Assembly: GCA_028697935.1 (NCBI GenBank)
Contig: JAQVEM010000002.1
Span: 1-38,619 of the forward strand
Source of the DNA: Actinomycetota bacterium
Lineage (GTDB): Bacteria; Actinomycetota; Humimicrobiia; Humimicrobiales; Humimicrobiaceae
DNA: 38,619 nucleotides
Direction of reading: 5' to 3'
Shown in pieces: positions 17,294 through 26,455 of the stretch. The position numbers and the translations under genes are program-made. Position 1 is the first letter of the stretch. Each line of letters starts with the position of its first letter. The notes under the pieces were generated by a model. It ran no database searches and was not told the DNA's origin. It saw nothing but the letters and a program-made list of their open reading frames with translations.

Positions 17294-18637
17294 ATGGTTA
17301 AAGAAAATAATAAACTAAAATATGATGTGATAGTAATTGGTTCAGGTCATGCAGGCTGTGAAGCAGCACTGGCGGCCGCAAGAGGTGGCGCTAAAACTCT
17401 TCTTGTTTCAATCAATCTGGATACTGTTGTGTTAACACCTTACGGGAATGAGATGGGAGGAGCAGGGCGAGATCTGTTAATAAAGGAAATAGACATTATG
17501 GGAGGAGAAATACTTAAAAACATTAAAAATAATTATATTAGTATTAGACTAGATAATAAGTGGACTGATTATCAAGTAAAAACCACCAAAGTTCTTGTTG
17601 ATAGAAGAAGATATTTACTTTTTATGAAGAAAGTTATTGAAAATCAGGAAAATCTGGACCTCAGGCAGGGCTTGATAGTAGAAATATTTAGAAATGGGGA
17701 TTTATATAATTTAAAAACAAGTGATGGGATCACATACTCAGCTTACTCGGTCATTGTATGTACTGGAACTTTTCTTGGTGGAAAAATATTTTGGGGAGGG
17801 TATGAATTAGAAGCTGGCAGACAGGGAGAAATATGTTCCAGGAGGCTTCTTGAGAGTTTAAAAAGTTATGGATTTAAGTTTAAAAGAGTAAGAAATTATG
17901 TTGCCCCGCTGGCAGACAGTAAAACAATAAAAAGGGAAAATTTTGATAAATTGCTATTCAAAGGAGAAAATAATGATTTTTTATTCGGGGATGAATTGAA
18001 AGTTAAAAGACAAATGTATAGTTATAAAACATACATAAATAAAAATTTTGTTGATTACTTATTAAAAAATAAGAATAAAATAGAATTTTCAGATAAATTC
18101 AGCAATAAAAATGATGCTGATTTTAACTCTATTGAATCAGTGATATTAAGAAATAAATACAAAGAAAAGATCGAAGTTTTCATAAATCCTACTGGTAGGG
18201 ATACAACCGAAGTATATCTAAAGGGCCTTGAAACAGCCCTTCATGAAAAATTACAGACCATGATGTTAAAAAAATTGATTGGTTTTGGGAGTGCAGAGAT
18301 TACCAGGCCGGGTTATGGTATTGAATACAATATCCTGAGCCCACACCAATTAAAAAGTGATTTACAGGCTAAAAATATGGAAGGGATCTATTTTGCTGGA
18401 CTTATAAATGGAACAGCAGGCTACGAAGAATCTGCTGCTCAGGGAATGGTTGCTGGTATGAATGCCGCAAGAAGGTGCAAAGGACTTAGAAGTATTTGCA
18501 TTAAGAAAGAAGATAGCTGTACAGGAATGCTCATAGACCATATTATATCCGGAGACAGTAATAGCAGGAGTTTATATCGAATAAACCCGGGCCTGGAGGA
18601 ATATATGTCCTACAGAAGAAAAATATCCAATGTATAG
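17294..18637 (+). CDS. MnmG(GidA)-like FAD-binding paralogue lacking both conserved cysteines and the C-terminal MnmE-binding domain
   Basis: 447 aa. DVIVIGSGHAGCEAALAAAR, TRPGYGIEYN and YFAGLINGTAGYEESAAQG match the adjacent mnmG. PCNPSIGG is replaced by PYGNEMGG and HCPSID by DFNSIE. It ends shortly after LIDHIIS. Confidence 0.75.
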   Translation: MVKENNKLKYDVIVIGSGHAGCEAALAAARGGAKTLLVSINLDTVVLTPYGNEMGGAGRDLLIKEIDIMGGEILKNIKNNYISIRLDNKWTDYQVKTTKVLVDRRRYLLFMKKVIENQENLDLRQGLIVEIFRNGDLYNLKTSDGITYSAYSVIVCTGTFLGGKIFWGGYELEAGRQGEICSRRLLESLKSYGFKFKRVRNYVAPLADSKTIKRENFDKLLFKGENNDFLFGDELKVKRQMYSYKTYINKNFVDYLLKNKNKIEFSDKFSNKNDADFNSIESVILRNKYKEKIEVFINPTGRDTTEVYLKGLETALHEKLQTMMLKKLIGFGSAEITRPGYGIEYNILSPHQLKSDLQAKNMEGIYFAGLINGTAGYEESAAQGMVAGMNAARRCKGLRSICIKKEDSCTGMLIDHIISGDSNSRSLYRINPGLEEYMSYRRKISNV

Positions 18638-18714
18638 AAAGGCAGAGCTTTTATAAAATATTATAGATAGAAGATATTAATAACAAGAGATGAAAATTTT
18701 TAATTAAATATTAA

Positions 18715-18730
18715 TGTTTCACGTGAAACA
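18715..18730. other. parS centromere-like ParB-binding site (perfect 16-bp palindrome)
   Basis: TGTTTCACGTGAAACA, embedded in the 20-bp palindrome AATGTTTCACGTGAAACATT, 48 nt upstream of mnmG. Confidence 0.9.
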
Positions 18731-18777
18731 TTATTTTAAATATTTTATTATTTTAAAAAAAGAGGCAGATATAAAAT

Positions 18778-20661
18778 ATGAACTACGATGTGATAGTTGT
18801 AGGAGCCGGTCACGCAGGTTGTGAGGCTGCACTGGCAACAGCAAGATTGGGTTTAAAAACGTTGATTATTACTATTAATCCTGACAAGATAGCTTTAATG
18901 CCGTGTAATCCTTCAATAGGTGGGGTAGGGAAAAGTCAGCTTGTAAGTGAACTTGACGCACTGGGTGGAGAGATGGCAAAGGTTGCTGATAAGACATATA
19001 TACAGTTAAGAGTATTAAATAAAAGAAAAGGTCCTGCAGTACAGGCTCTCAGAGCGCAGATAGATAAAAAAGAATATGAAATAGAAATGAAAAGGACCCT
19101 TGAGAATACGGAAAATTTAACCCTGAGACAGGGGACAGTTAATAAAATACTTGTAAAAAATGGTAGTGCAACAGGTGTAATTATAGAAAGTGGTCTGGAG
19201 TTCAAAGCAAAGGCAGTAATAGTGACAACAGGAACTTTTCTTAGAGGCAGGATAATTATCGGGAGAAAAGATTATCATGCAGGCAGGATGGGAGAGTATC
19301 CTGCAATGAATTTAACAAATAATCTAATTTCTTTGGGATTTAAAATAGGAAGATTCCAGACAGCAACTCCTCCAAGGGTTGACAAAAGGACACTGGACCT
19401 ATCAAAAACAGAAATACAGAAGGGGGAGGAAGAGCCAGCAGGGTTTTCCATCTGGAATAAAGAAGGAATTCGTAAAAATATTGAATGCTATTTAACTTAT
19501 ACAAACAAAAAAACAAATGAAATTGTTAGAAAAAATATAAAAGAATCTCCTATAAAATCAGGGATGGTTGACACGCATGGACCAAGACACTGTCCTTCTA
19601 TTGATAGAAAAGTAATTAATTTTCCAGAGAAAACAAGGCACCCAATTTTTATTGAGCCCGAGGGTGAAAATACTAATGAAATGTATTTACAGGGGCTGAC
19701 TACAAGTATGCCTCCTGAAATACAGCAAAAAATAATAAATACTGTAAGTGGACTAGAGAATGCAAGGATAATAAGACCCGGCTACGCAGTAGAGTATGAT
19801 TACATAATTCCAAATCAATTAAATTTTACACTTGAATCAAAAAAGATTGATAATTTATATTTTGCCGGGCAGATAAACGGTACATCAGGGTACGAGGAAG
19901 CTGCTGTTCAGGGGTTTTTAGCCGGTGTTAATGCAGCGCAGAAAATAAAAAATAAACCTCCCCTTATCCTGACAAGAGATAATAGCTATATAGGTGTCCT
20001 GATTGATGATCTTATAACTAAAAAACTGATAGAACCCTATAGAATGTATACATCAAGAGCAGAGTACAGACTAATACTAAGGTGTGACAATGCTGATATA
20101 AGATTGAGTGGTTACGGGAAAAACATTGGGCTAATAACCAGTGAACAGTATAAAAAAGTTCTAAATAAAGAAAATAAAATAAACGAAGTTATAGAAAAAT
20201 TAAAATCAATATGGGTAAATCCAGGTAAGATCACCGTACAGCATTTTGAAAATTTAGATATGAAATCGAAAACAGATATTTCACTAAGTGCTTATAAAAT
20301 TTTAAAAAGACCCGGAGTTGATATAGATAATATTATAGATCTTTTTGATGATTCAAACGGGGGCTATGATAAAGAAATATTAAAGCAAGTAGAAATTATA
20401 GTAAAGTATGAGGGATATATAAACAGGCAGATAAATGATATTAAAAAGATGGAAGGACTTGAGAAATATTACCTTCCACAAGACCTTAATTATTTTGACA
20501 TAAGAGGGCTGACCTATGAAGCAAAAGAAAAGCTTTCAGAAATTAAACCAGACACTCTCGGGCAGGCTTCAAGGATAGCTGGAATATCTCCCGCAGACAT
20601 ATCAATACTTATGTTAAATTTGAAAGGTAAATTAAAAAAGGTGAAACAGTTTGGATATTGA
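18778..20661 (+). CDS. mnmG: tRNA uridine-5-carboxymethylaminomethyl synthesis enzyme MnmG (GidA)
   Basis: 627 aa, full length, with MPCNPSIGG, GPRHCPSID, FAGQINGTSGYEEAAVQG and a C-terminal helical domain. Confidence 0.96.
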   Translation: MNYDVIVVGAGHAGCEAALATARLGLKTLIITINPDKIALMPCNPSIGGVGKSQLVSELDALGGEMAKVADKTYIQLRVLNKRKGPAVQALRAQIDKKEYEIEMKRTLENTENLTLRQGTVNKILVKNGSATGVIIESGLEFKAKAVIVTTGTFLRGRIIIGRKDYHAGRMGEYPAMNLTNNLISLGFKIGRFQTATPPRVDKRTLDLSKTEIQKGEEEPAGFSIWNKEGIRKNIECYLTYTNKKTNEIVRKNIKESPIKSGMVDTHGPRHCPSIDRKVINFPEKTRHPIFIEPEGENTNEMYLQGLTTSMPPEIQQKIINTVSGLENARIIRPGYAVEYDYIIPNQLNFTLESKKIDNLYFAGQINGTSGYEEAAVQGFLAGVNAAQKIKNKPPLILTRDNSYIGVLIDDLITKKLIEPYRMYTSRAEYRLILRCDNADIRLSGYGKNIGLITSEQYKKVLNKENKINEVIEKLKSIWVNPGKITVQHFENLDMKSKTDISLSAYKILKRPGVDIDNIIDLFDDSNGGYDKEILKQVEIIVKYEGYINRQINDIKKMEGLEKYYLPQDLNYFDIRGLTYEAKEKLSEIKPDTLGQASRIAGISPADISILMLNLKGKLKKVKQFGY

Positions 20662-21391
20662 AGATACTTTAAAAACAGCACTTATAGAGCTGGGCATACA
20701 ATCTACCAGTAATCAGCTGGAAGCTCTAAAAAGGTATCTTGACATAATTTTTAATTATAACAAAAGAATTAATTTAACAGGTACAAAAAAGAAAGAAGAT
20801 ATACTCATAAGACATATTCTGGATTCTATATCACTGCTAAAATACAAAATAGAACTTTTTGATAGACATGACACTGGTTCAAACGACCAAAAAATACTGG
20901 ACCTGGGAACCGGAGCCGGACTACCGGGAATACCTCTCTCTATTTTCCTGACCAATAGAATATTTTACTTACTGGATAGTTCACTTAAGAAAACTGATTT
21001 TCTAGAAATGGTTAAAGGAGAGTTAAATCTTAAAAACGTAAGAATAATAAGGGGAAGAGCAGAAGAACTTGGAGCCAGAAGTGATTATAGAGAAAGCTTT
21101 GATATAGTCCTGGCGAGAGCAGTGGCAAATATTAGAATTTTAAATGAATTATCAATTCCATTTTGTAAAATAAATGGTAAAATTGTATTTTATAAGAGTA
21201 GAAAAATAGATGCCGAATTAGAAGAAGGAAGAGAATCTATACTAAAACTGGGAGGAAATATAGAAGATTTGTTAGAAGTCAGGGTTCCTTTTATGAACGA
21301 AAAAAGAATTTTTCTGGTAATAAATAAAATAAAAGAAACACCGGGGTTATATCCACGTAGCTTTAACAAAATAAAAAATAATCCTCTTTAA
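20651..21391 (+). CDS. rsmG: 16S rRNA (guanine527-N7)-methyltransferase RsmG (GidB)
   Basis: 246 aa with SAM motif ILDLGTGAGLPGIPLSI. Overlaps the mnmG stop. Confidence 0.93.
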   Translation: MDIEDTLKTALIELGIQSTSNQLEALKRYLDIIFNYNKRINLTGTKKKEDILIRHILDSISLLKYKIELFDRHDTGSNDQKILDLGTGAGLPGIPLSIFLTNRIFYLLDSSLKKTDFLEMVKGELNLKNVRIIRGRAEELGARSDYRESFDIVLARAVANIRILNELSIPFCKINGKIVFYKSRKIDAELEEGRESILKLGGNIEDLLEVRVPFMNEKRIFLVINKIKETPGLYPRSFNKIKNNPL

Positions 21392-21478
21392 AATATGTAA
21401 GCATGTCCGGACAATACAAACATTTAGACATATATGCAAAGGAATAAAAGAGCTATAAGAATAATATAGTATTTTTAG

Positions 21479-22318
21479 TTGAAAATTTTAATGAGATTTT
21501 TTAGCAGGTTAATTAAAAACAAAAGCGATAAAGGACAATTGGAGAAAAGAAAGTATCTTAAAAGAGTAATTGCGATAACTAACCAGAAGGGAGGAGTGGG
21601 CAAAAGCACCACAGCAGTAAATATTTCAGCTTACATGGGTTCCTATGGCTACAGAACATTATTAATAGACCTCGACCCTCAGAGCAACTCTACCAGCGGT
21701 CTTGGAATAAGATCGGCAGATATTAAAGAATCAATTTATGACATTCTGATTCACGAACTTGAACCAGACGAAGTAATTTTAAGTACAGGATATACAAACC
21801 TTGAAATAATCCCATCATCAATACAGCTTGCAGGAGCAGAAGTTGAACTGGTTCCAGGCCTAAAGAGAGAGTTCAGGTTAAAGGAAGCAGTAAGTAAAAT
21901 AGAAGACAATTATGATTTTATCATAATAGACTGTCCACCTGCACTTGGATTATTAACAATAAATGCACTAACGGCAGCACGGGAAGTTATTATACCAATA
22001 CAGTGCGAATATTATGCGCTTGAAGGACTGGGACAGCTTTTGAATACAATTAACCTGGTAAAAAAGAATCTTAATAATGACTTAAAAATAACAGGCGCAA
22101 TAATGACAATGTATGACCCCAGAATAAAACTTTCGGGTCAGGTAATTGAAGAAGTTAAAAATTATTTCTCAGAAAAGGTATATAAAACAATTATTCCCAG
22201 AAATGTCAGGCTGAGTGAAGCACCAAGTTATGGTAAACCTATAATTGATTATGATCCCGAATGCAAGGGTGCGGAAGCTTATAAAAATTTTACGAAGGAA
22301 GTGATTGAAAATGGCTAG
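21479..22318 (+). CDS. parA: Chromosome partitioning ATPase ParA/Soj, with a ~25-30-aa basic N-terminal extension
   Basis: 279 aa with deviant Walker A NQKGGVGKSTT, then DLDPQSN and IIIDCPP. Confidence 0.93.
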   Translation: MKILMRFFSRLIKNKSDKGQLEKRKYLKRVIAITNQKGGVGKSTTAVNISAYMGSYGYRTLLIDLDPQSNSTSGLGIRSADIKESIYDILIHELEPDEVILSTGYTNLEIIPSSIQLAGAEVELVPGLKREFRLKEAVSKIEDNYDFIIIDCPPALGLLTINALTAAREVIIPIQCEYYALEGLGQLLNTINLVKKNLNNDLKITGAIMTMYDPRIKLSGQVIEEVKNYFSEKVYKTIIPRNVRLSEAPSYGKPIIDYDPECKGAEAYKNFTKEVIENG

Positions 22319-23171
22319 AAGGGGTTTGGGAAGAGGGTTGAATGCATTAATCCCAACTATGGATAAACCTTCTGAAAATGAATTAAATGCAGTTATTGAA
22401 CTACCACTGGATAAAATTATTCCAAATAAAAATCAACCAAGGAGTAAATTCAGTGAAGATTCACTGACAGAACTGGCTGAATCAATTAAAGAATTCGGAG
22501 TTATTCAGCCCATAGTGGTGAGAAAACTTGATGGAGAGGAAAAATATGAAATCATAACAGGAGAAAGAAGATACAGGGCTACCAGAAATATTGGTATAAG
22601 CACAATTCCTTCAATTGTAGTTAATGATATAGATGATATTTCTTCCCTCGAGATGGCACTTATTGAAAATATTCATAGAGAAGACCTCAGTCCTATGGAG
22701 AAAGCCCATACTTATAAACAGCTTATAGAAGAGTTTAAAATCACCCACGAGAAACTTTCAAAAAGAATTGGAAAAAGCAGGACATCAATTACAAATACAC
22801 TCAGATTACTCACGCTCCCGATAGAAATACAAAAAATGATAAATGAAGGAAAAATAAGTGAAGGACATGCAAGAGCAATATTAACTCTGGATAATGATAA
22901 TGAAAAAATAAAACTTTCAAACCATATTATAGAAAATGATTTAAGTGTAAGAGAAGCAGAAAAAATTGCAGAACGGAAAAAGGGGCTGGCAGCAGAAACA
23001 AAGGCAAAGAAAGTTTTACAGTTAAGCAAAATTCCGGAAATTACCAGTGAATTATCCGAATTTCTTAATGCCCCTGTCAAAATAACTATGAGTAAAAAAA
23101 AGGGGAAAATTATTGTAGAGTTCGGAACCGTTAAAGACCTTGAAAGAATAGTGAAGAGAATTGTCAGATAA
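22305..23171 (+). CDS. parB: Chromosome partitioning protein ParB/Spo0J
   Basis: 288 aa with RGLGRGLNALIP, the arginine patch ITGERRYRA, and an HTH region. Confidence 0.94.
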   Translation: MKMARRGLGRGLNALIPTMDKPSENELNAVIELPLDKIIPNKNQPRSKFSEDSLTELAESIKEFGVIQPIVVRKLDGEEKYEIITGERRYRATRNIGISTIPSIVVNDIDDISSLEMALIENIHREDLSPMEKAHTYKQLIEEFKITHEKLSKRIGKSRTSITNTLRLLTLPIEIQKMINEGKISEGHARAILTLDNDNEKIKLSNHIIENDLSVREAEKIAERKKGLAAETKAKKVLQLSKIPEITSELSEFLNAPVKITMSKKKGKIIVEFGTVKDLERIVKRIVR

Positions 23172-24036
23172 AAAACCTGATTGGCTCAAAAAGAAAGTAA
23201 AATTAAATAATCAGGAATTTAATGAAGTCACAAGTCTTATTACCGATCTACATTTAAACACAGTCTGTCAGAGCGCCGGATGTCCCAATATTTATGAATG
23301 TTTCAGTAATAAAACTGCAACCTTTATGATTCTCGGGGATGTCTGTACCAGGAATTGTGGTTTCTGCGGTATAAAAAAGGGAAGGCCGGAAGCACCTGAT
23401 AGAGGTGAACCTCTGAGAATCGCCAGAGCTGTAAGTGAAATGGGCTTAAAATATGTTGTTATAACATCAGTCACAAGGGACGATCTTGCTGATGGTGGAA
23501 GCAACCAGTTTATAAAAACTGTAAGAGAAATACAGAAAAAGAATCCAGATGTAAAAATAGAATGCCTTATTCCTGATTTTAAGGGGAATTTAGATAGTCT
23601 AAAAAACCTGCTTTCGCAGAATCTTATTGTATTAAATCATAATATTGAAACCAGCAGGGAAAATTTTAAAAAGGTAAAGAAAAATTCTAATTATGAGGAT
23701 TCACTTAACATATTGAAGTACACAAAAACTTTAAGACCGGATATTTTTACAAAGTCGGGTTTTATGCTGGGACTGGGGGAAGGGGAAAAGGAAATAATCG
23801 AGTTGCTTTCTGATCTAAAAAAAATAGATTGTGATATTATTACTATAGGTCAGTACCTTAGGCCTTCTGAAAATAATTTGCCAGTTAAAAAATATTACAG
23901 CCCGGAAGAATTTAAAAAAATAGAAGAATTTGCAAAAGGCTATGGATTTAAAGAAGTAATTTGTGGGCCATTTGTAAGGTCTTCTTATAATGCTGATGTA
24001 GTTGTCAGGAAGATTTTAAAATGTGATAGCCTGTAA
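23161..24036 (+). CDS. lipA: Lipoyl synthase
   Basis: 291 aa with CQSAGCPNIYEC and radical-SAM CTRNCGFC clusters. The TTG start overlaps the parB end by 11 nt. Confidence 0.93.
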   Translation: MSDKKPDWLKKKVKLNNQEFNEVTSLITDLHLNTVCQSAGCPNIYECFSNKTATFMILGDVCTRNCGFCGIKKGRPEAPDRGEPLRIARAVSEMGLKYVVITSVTRDDLADGGSNQFIKTVREIQKKNPDVKIECLIPDFKGNLDSLKNLLSQNLIVLNHNIETSRENFKKVKKNSNYEDSLNILKYTKTLRPDIFTKSGFMLGLGEGEKEIIELLSDLKKIDCDIITIGQYLRPSENNLPVKKYYSPEEFKKIEEFAKGYGFKEVICGPFVRSSYNADVVVRKILKCDSL

Positions 24037-24086
24037 TCTTTTAATAATGAAGATAAACATGGTGTTTCCCGGAGATGAGAATTTAA

Positions 24087-24692
24087 ATGATGAGAATAAA
24101 AGAAAAATTTCATTCCTATATAAAAAGAATAAAAGAATATAACAACATTGCAAATATTTCAAAAATCATTAGAAGATATTTTGCTGTTAATGGTTTTGAT
24201 GGGGTAATTACAATAATTGGTGCTCTGGTCGGGAGCTATATCATAGGAACAGAGGATTATAAGCATGTAATTATAACCGGTTCTGCGATATGTATTTCAC
24301 TTGGTATTTCAGGAGTATGGGGTGCCTATAGTAGTGAGGCTGCTGAAAGAAAAAAGGAAATATATGAACTGGAAGAGTCGATCCTGCATGATTTAGATGA
24401 GACAGTGATATCGAAAGCCCAAAAATATGCTACGGCTGTGCTTGCTGTGGTAAATGGCTTTTCACCGGTAATAACTGGATTTATACCATTGATACCTTTT
24501 CTTTTTGGAAGGGTCCTGCCTGTTCGTATCTGTTACTATACAGGGTTTGCTCTTGCATTTTTAATATTATTTGGAATAGGTTTATTTCTTGGTAAGATTT
24601 CCAGAAGCAATCTTATAGTAAGCGGGATAAAGATGATAACAGCGGGAATTTGCTGTGTAATTCTAAGTTTGTTGCTATCACTTATTGAATAA
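24087..24692 (+). CDS. VIT1/CCC1-like family integral membrane protein (assignment tentative)
   Basis: 201 aa. RRYFAVNGFDGVITIIGALVG resembles the VIT-family N-terminal motif. A central amphipathic E-rich helix is followed by 3 C-terminal TM helices. Confidence 0.45.
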   Translation: MMRIKEKFHSYIKRIKEYNNIANISKIIRRYFAVNGFDGVITIIGALVGSYIIGTEDYKHVIITGSAICISLGISGVWGAYSSEAAERKKEIYELEESILHDLDETVISKAQKYATAVLAVVNGFSPVITGFIPLIPFLFGRVLPVRICYYTGFALAFLILFGIGLFLGKISRSNLIVSGIKMITAGICCVILSLLLSLIE

Positions 24693-24794
24693 TCTCATGA
24701 AGAAAAATAATAATTTTTTAACAATTTTTGTGTAACATCATCTCAGGAAAACTATAACAATAAAATAAATTATTAAGATAAGATATTAAATTCC

Positions 24795-26132
24795 TTATAA
24801 AATAGAAAAATAAGAGTCCAGCTCGTATCCAGATACATGTGTTCTAAACCTATCCCATTCAATTTTTTTGTTTTCTACAAATTTATAAAATATATGTTCT
24901 CCGAGTGTTTCTCTGACCAGATTACTATTTTCCATATATTTTACTGCTTCGAGCAAATTATCCGGAAGAGTTTCTATCCCGGCCCCCTCTCTCTTTTTGA
25001 TATCCATTTCAAAGATATTTTCCTCGACTGGTTTGGGAAGGGGGTATTTATTCTTTATGCCTTCCAGTCCAGCAGCAAGCATGACACTGAAGGCAAGGTA
25101 GGGATTGCAGGCGGGATCAGGACATCTAAATTCAACTCTTGTTGACGATTCTTTATCAGGTTTGTACATTGGTACTCTTACAAGAGTCGACCTGTTCTTT
25201 CTTGCCCATGAGATATAAACAGGTGCCTCAAATCCGGGGACCAGTCTTTTGTATGAATTAACCCACTGGTTAGTTACTGCTACTATTTCTTTGCAATGCT
25301 TGAGCAAGCCTGCTATGTAATATTTCCCGATATCAGAAAGGTGGTACTTATCAGTTTCATCATGGAACACGTTTTTGTCCCCTATAAAAAGAGATTGATG
25401 TGTATGCATTCCGCTTCCATTTTCTCCGAATAGGGGTTTTGGCATGAAGGTGGCATATACGCCTTTTCTCATAGCGACTTCTTTTACTATGAATCGGTAA
25501 GTCATTGTATTATCAGCCATTGTTAGAGCATCGGAATATCTTAAATCTATTTCATGCTGGGATGGTGCAACCTCATGGTGTGAATATTCTACTCCTATTC
25601 CCATTGACTCCAGGCAAAGGATAGTATTTTTTCTTAGTTCAGCTGCCACATCCAGCGTGGTTAAATCGAAATATCCACCCTTATCAAGTATTTCAGGAGT
25701 TCCAGTATTATTTTTAAAATAGAAGTATTCGAGTTCAGGACCTACATAGAATGTATATCCCATATCTTTTGCTTTTTTTAATGTTTTTTTCAGAACCCAT
25801 CTCGGGTCACCTTTGAAGTTTGAGCCATCAGGTTCAAGTATGTCGCAAAACATTCTGGCAATGCCGTTTTCCTTAGGACTCCAGGGGAGTATTTGAAAGG
25901 TTGAAGGATCTGGCATAGCGATGACGTCGCTTTCTTCAATTCTGGAAAAGCCTTCAATTGAAGACCCATCAAAACCCATACCTTCAAATAGTGCATTTTC
26001 GAGTTCTTCTGTTGTAATTGCAAAACTTTTTAAAAAACCCTGAACATCTGTAAACCAGAGCTTTATAAATTTAATGTTGCTATCATGGGCTTTTTTTAAA
26101 ACATATTGTCTTATTTTATCATTTTTATCCAT
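24795..26132 (-). CDS. glnA: Glutamine synthetase type I; start moved to Met27 of the ORF-track protein
   Basis: GS beta-grasp and catalytic motifs (KPLFGENGSGMHTHQSL, NPYLAFS). AAAGGAG lies 8 nt upstream of ATG 26132. The ORF-track start 26210 adds 26 non-conserved residues. Confidence 0.93.
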   Translation of the reverse strand: MDKNDKIRQYVLKKAHDSNIKFIKLWFTDVQGFLKSFAITTEELENALFEGMGFDGSSIEGFSRIEESDVIAMPDPSTFQILPWSPKENGIARMFCDILEPDGSNFKGDPRWVLKKTLKKAKDMGYTFYVGPELEYFYFKNNTGTPEILDKGGYFDLTTLDVAAELRKNTILCLESMGIGVEYSHHEVAPSQHEIDLRYSDALTMADNTMTYRFIVKEVAMRKGVYATFMPKPLFGENGSGMHTHQSLFIGDKNVFHDETDKYHLSDIGKYYIAGLLKHCKEIVAVTNQWVNSYKRLVPGFEAPVYISWARKNRSTLVRVPMYKPDKESSTRVEFRCPDPACNPYLAFSVMLAAGLEGIKNKYPLPKPVEENIFEMDIKKREGAGIETLPDNLLEAVKYMENSNLVRETLGEHIFYKFVENKKIEWDRFRTHVSGYELDSYFSIL

Positions 26133-26409
26133 ATTAATGGCTCCTTTGTTGCTGGTAAAATTTATTAAATTATAAATATAGCATATTAGCATGGTTATTA
26201 CATTAAACATCTAGAGATGCTAATTTAAGTTTTCTTTTATCTAAATATATATGTAATTTTATGGTGAAATTGATAAAAAATCACTAACTTTATATAAAAG
26301 CCATAAAGATTTCACAATCATATAATAATACAATAAGATCAGAAAAAGTATTTACCTTATTTCTGAATACTTATTTATTTTTTGAAGATAGTATGTTAAT
26401 ATCGGATTA

Positions 26410-26423
26410 TTGCGCAAGCGCTT
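26410..26423. promoter_or_regulatory. Partial copy (TTGCGCAAGCGCTT) of the island operator, abutting a TATAAT (26425-26430) upstream of the LacI-family gene
   Basis: 14 nt identical to 38458-38471 in operator copy B. The left half-site is degenerate. Confidence 0.4.
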
Positions 26424-26455
26424 TTATAATATTTAAAAACTCCAGAAGGTGATTT

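Noticed and set aside
17294-18637. Interpretation of the 447-aa GidA-like ORF as TrmFO (the folate-dependent 'small GidA')
   Set aside because: Its motifs follow the adjacent MnmG (GHAGCEAA, RPGYxxEY, FAGxINGTxGYEE) rather than the TrmFO pattern, and its length results from C-terminal truncation of an MnmG-type protein. Only a phylogeny can settle this.
26133-26210. ORF-track N-terminal extension of glnA (MFNVITMLICYIYNLINFTSNKGAIN)
   Set aside because: The extension is not GS-like. A strong AAAGGAG SD lies 8 nt before the internal ATG at 26132, which yields a standard 445-aa GSI.
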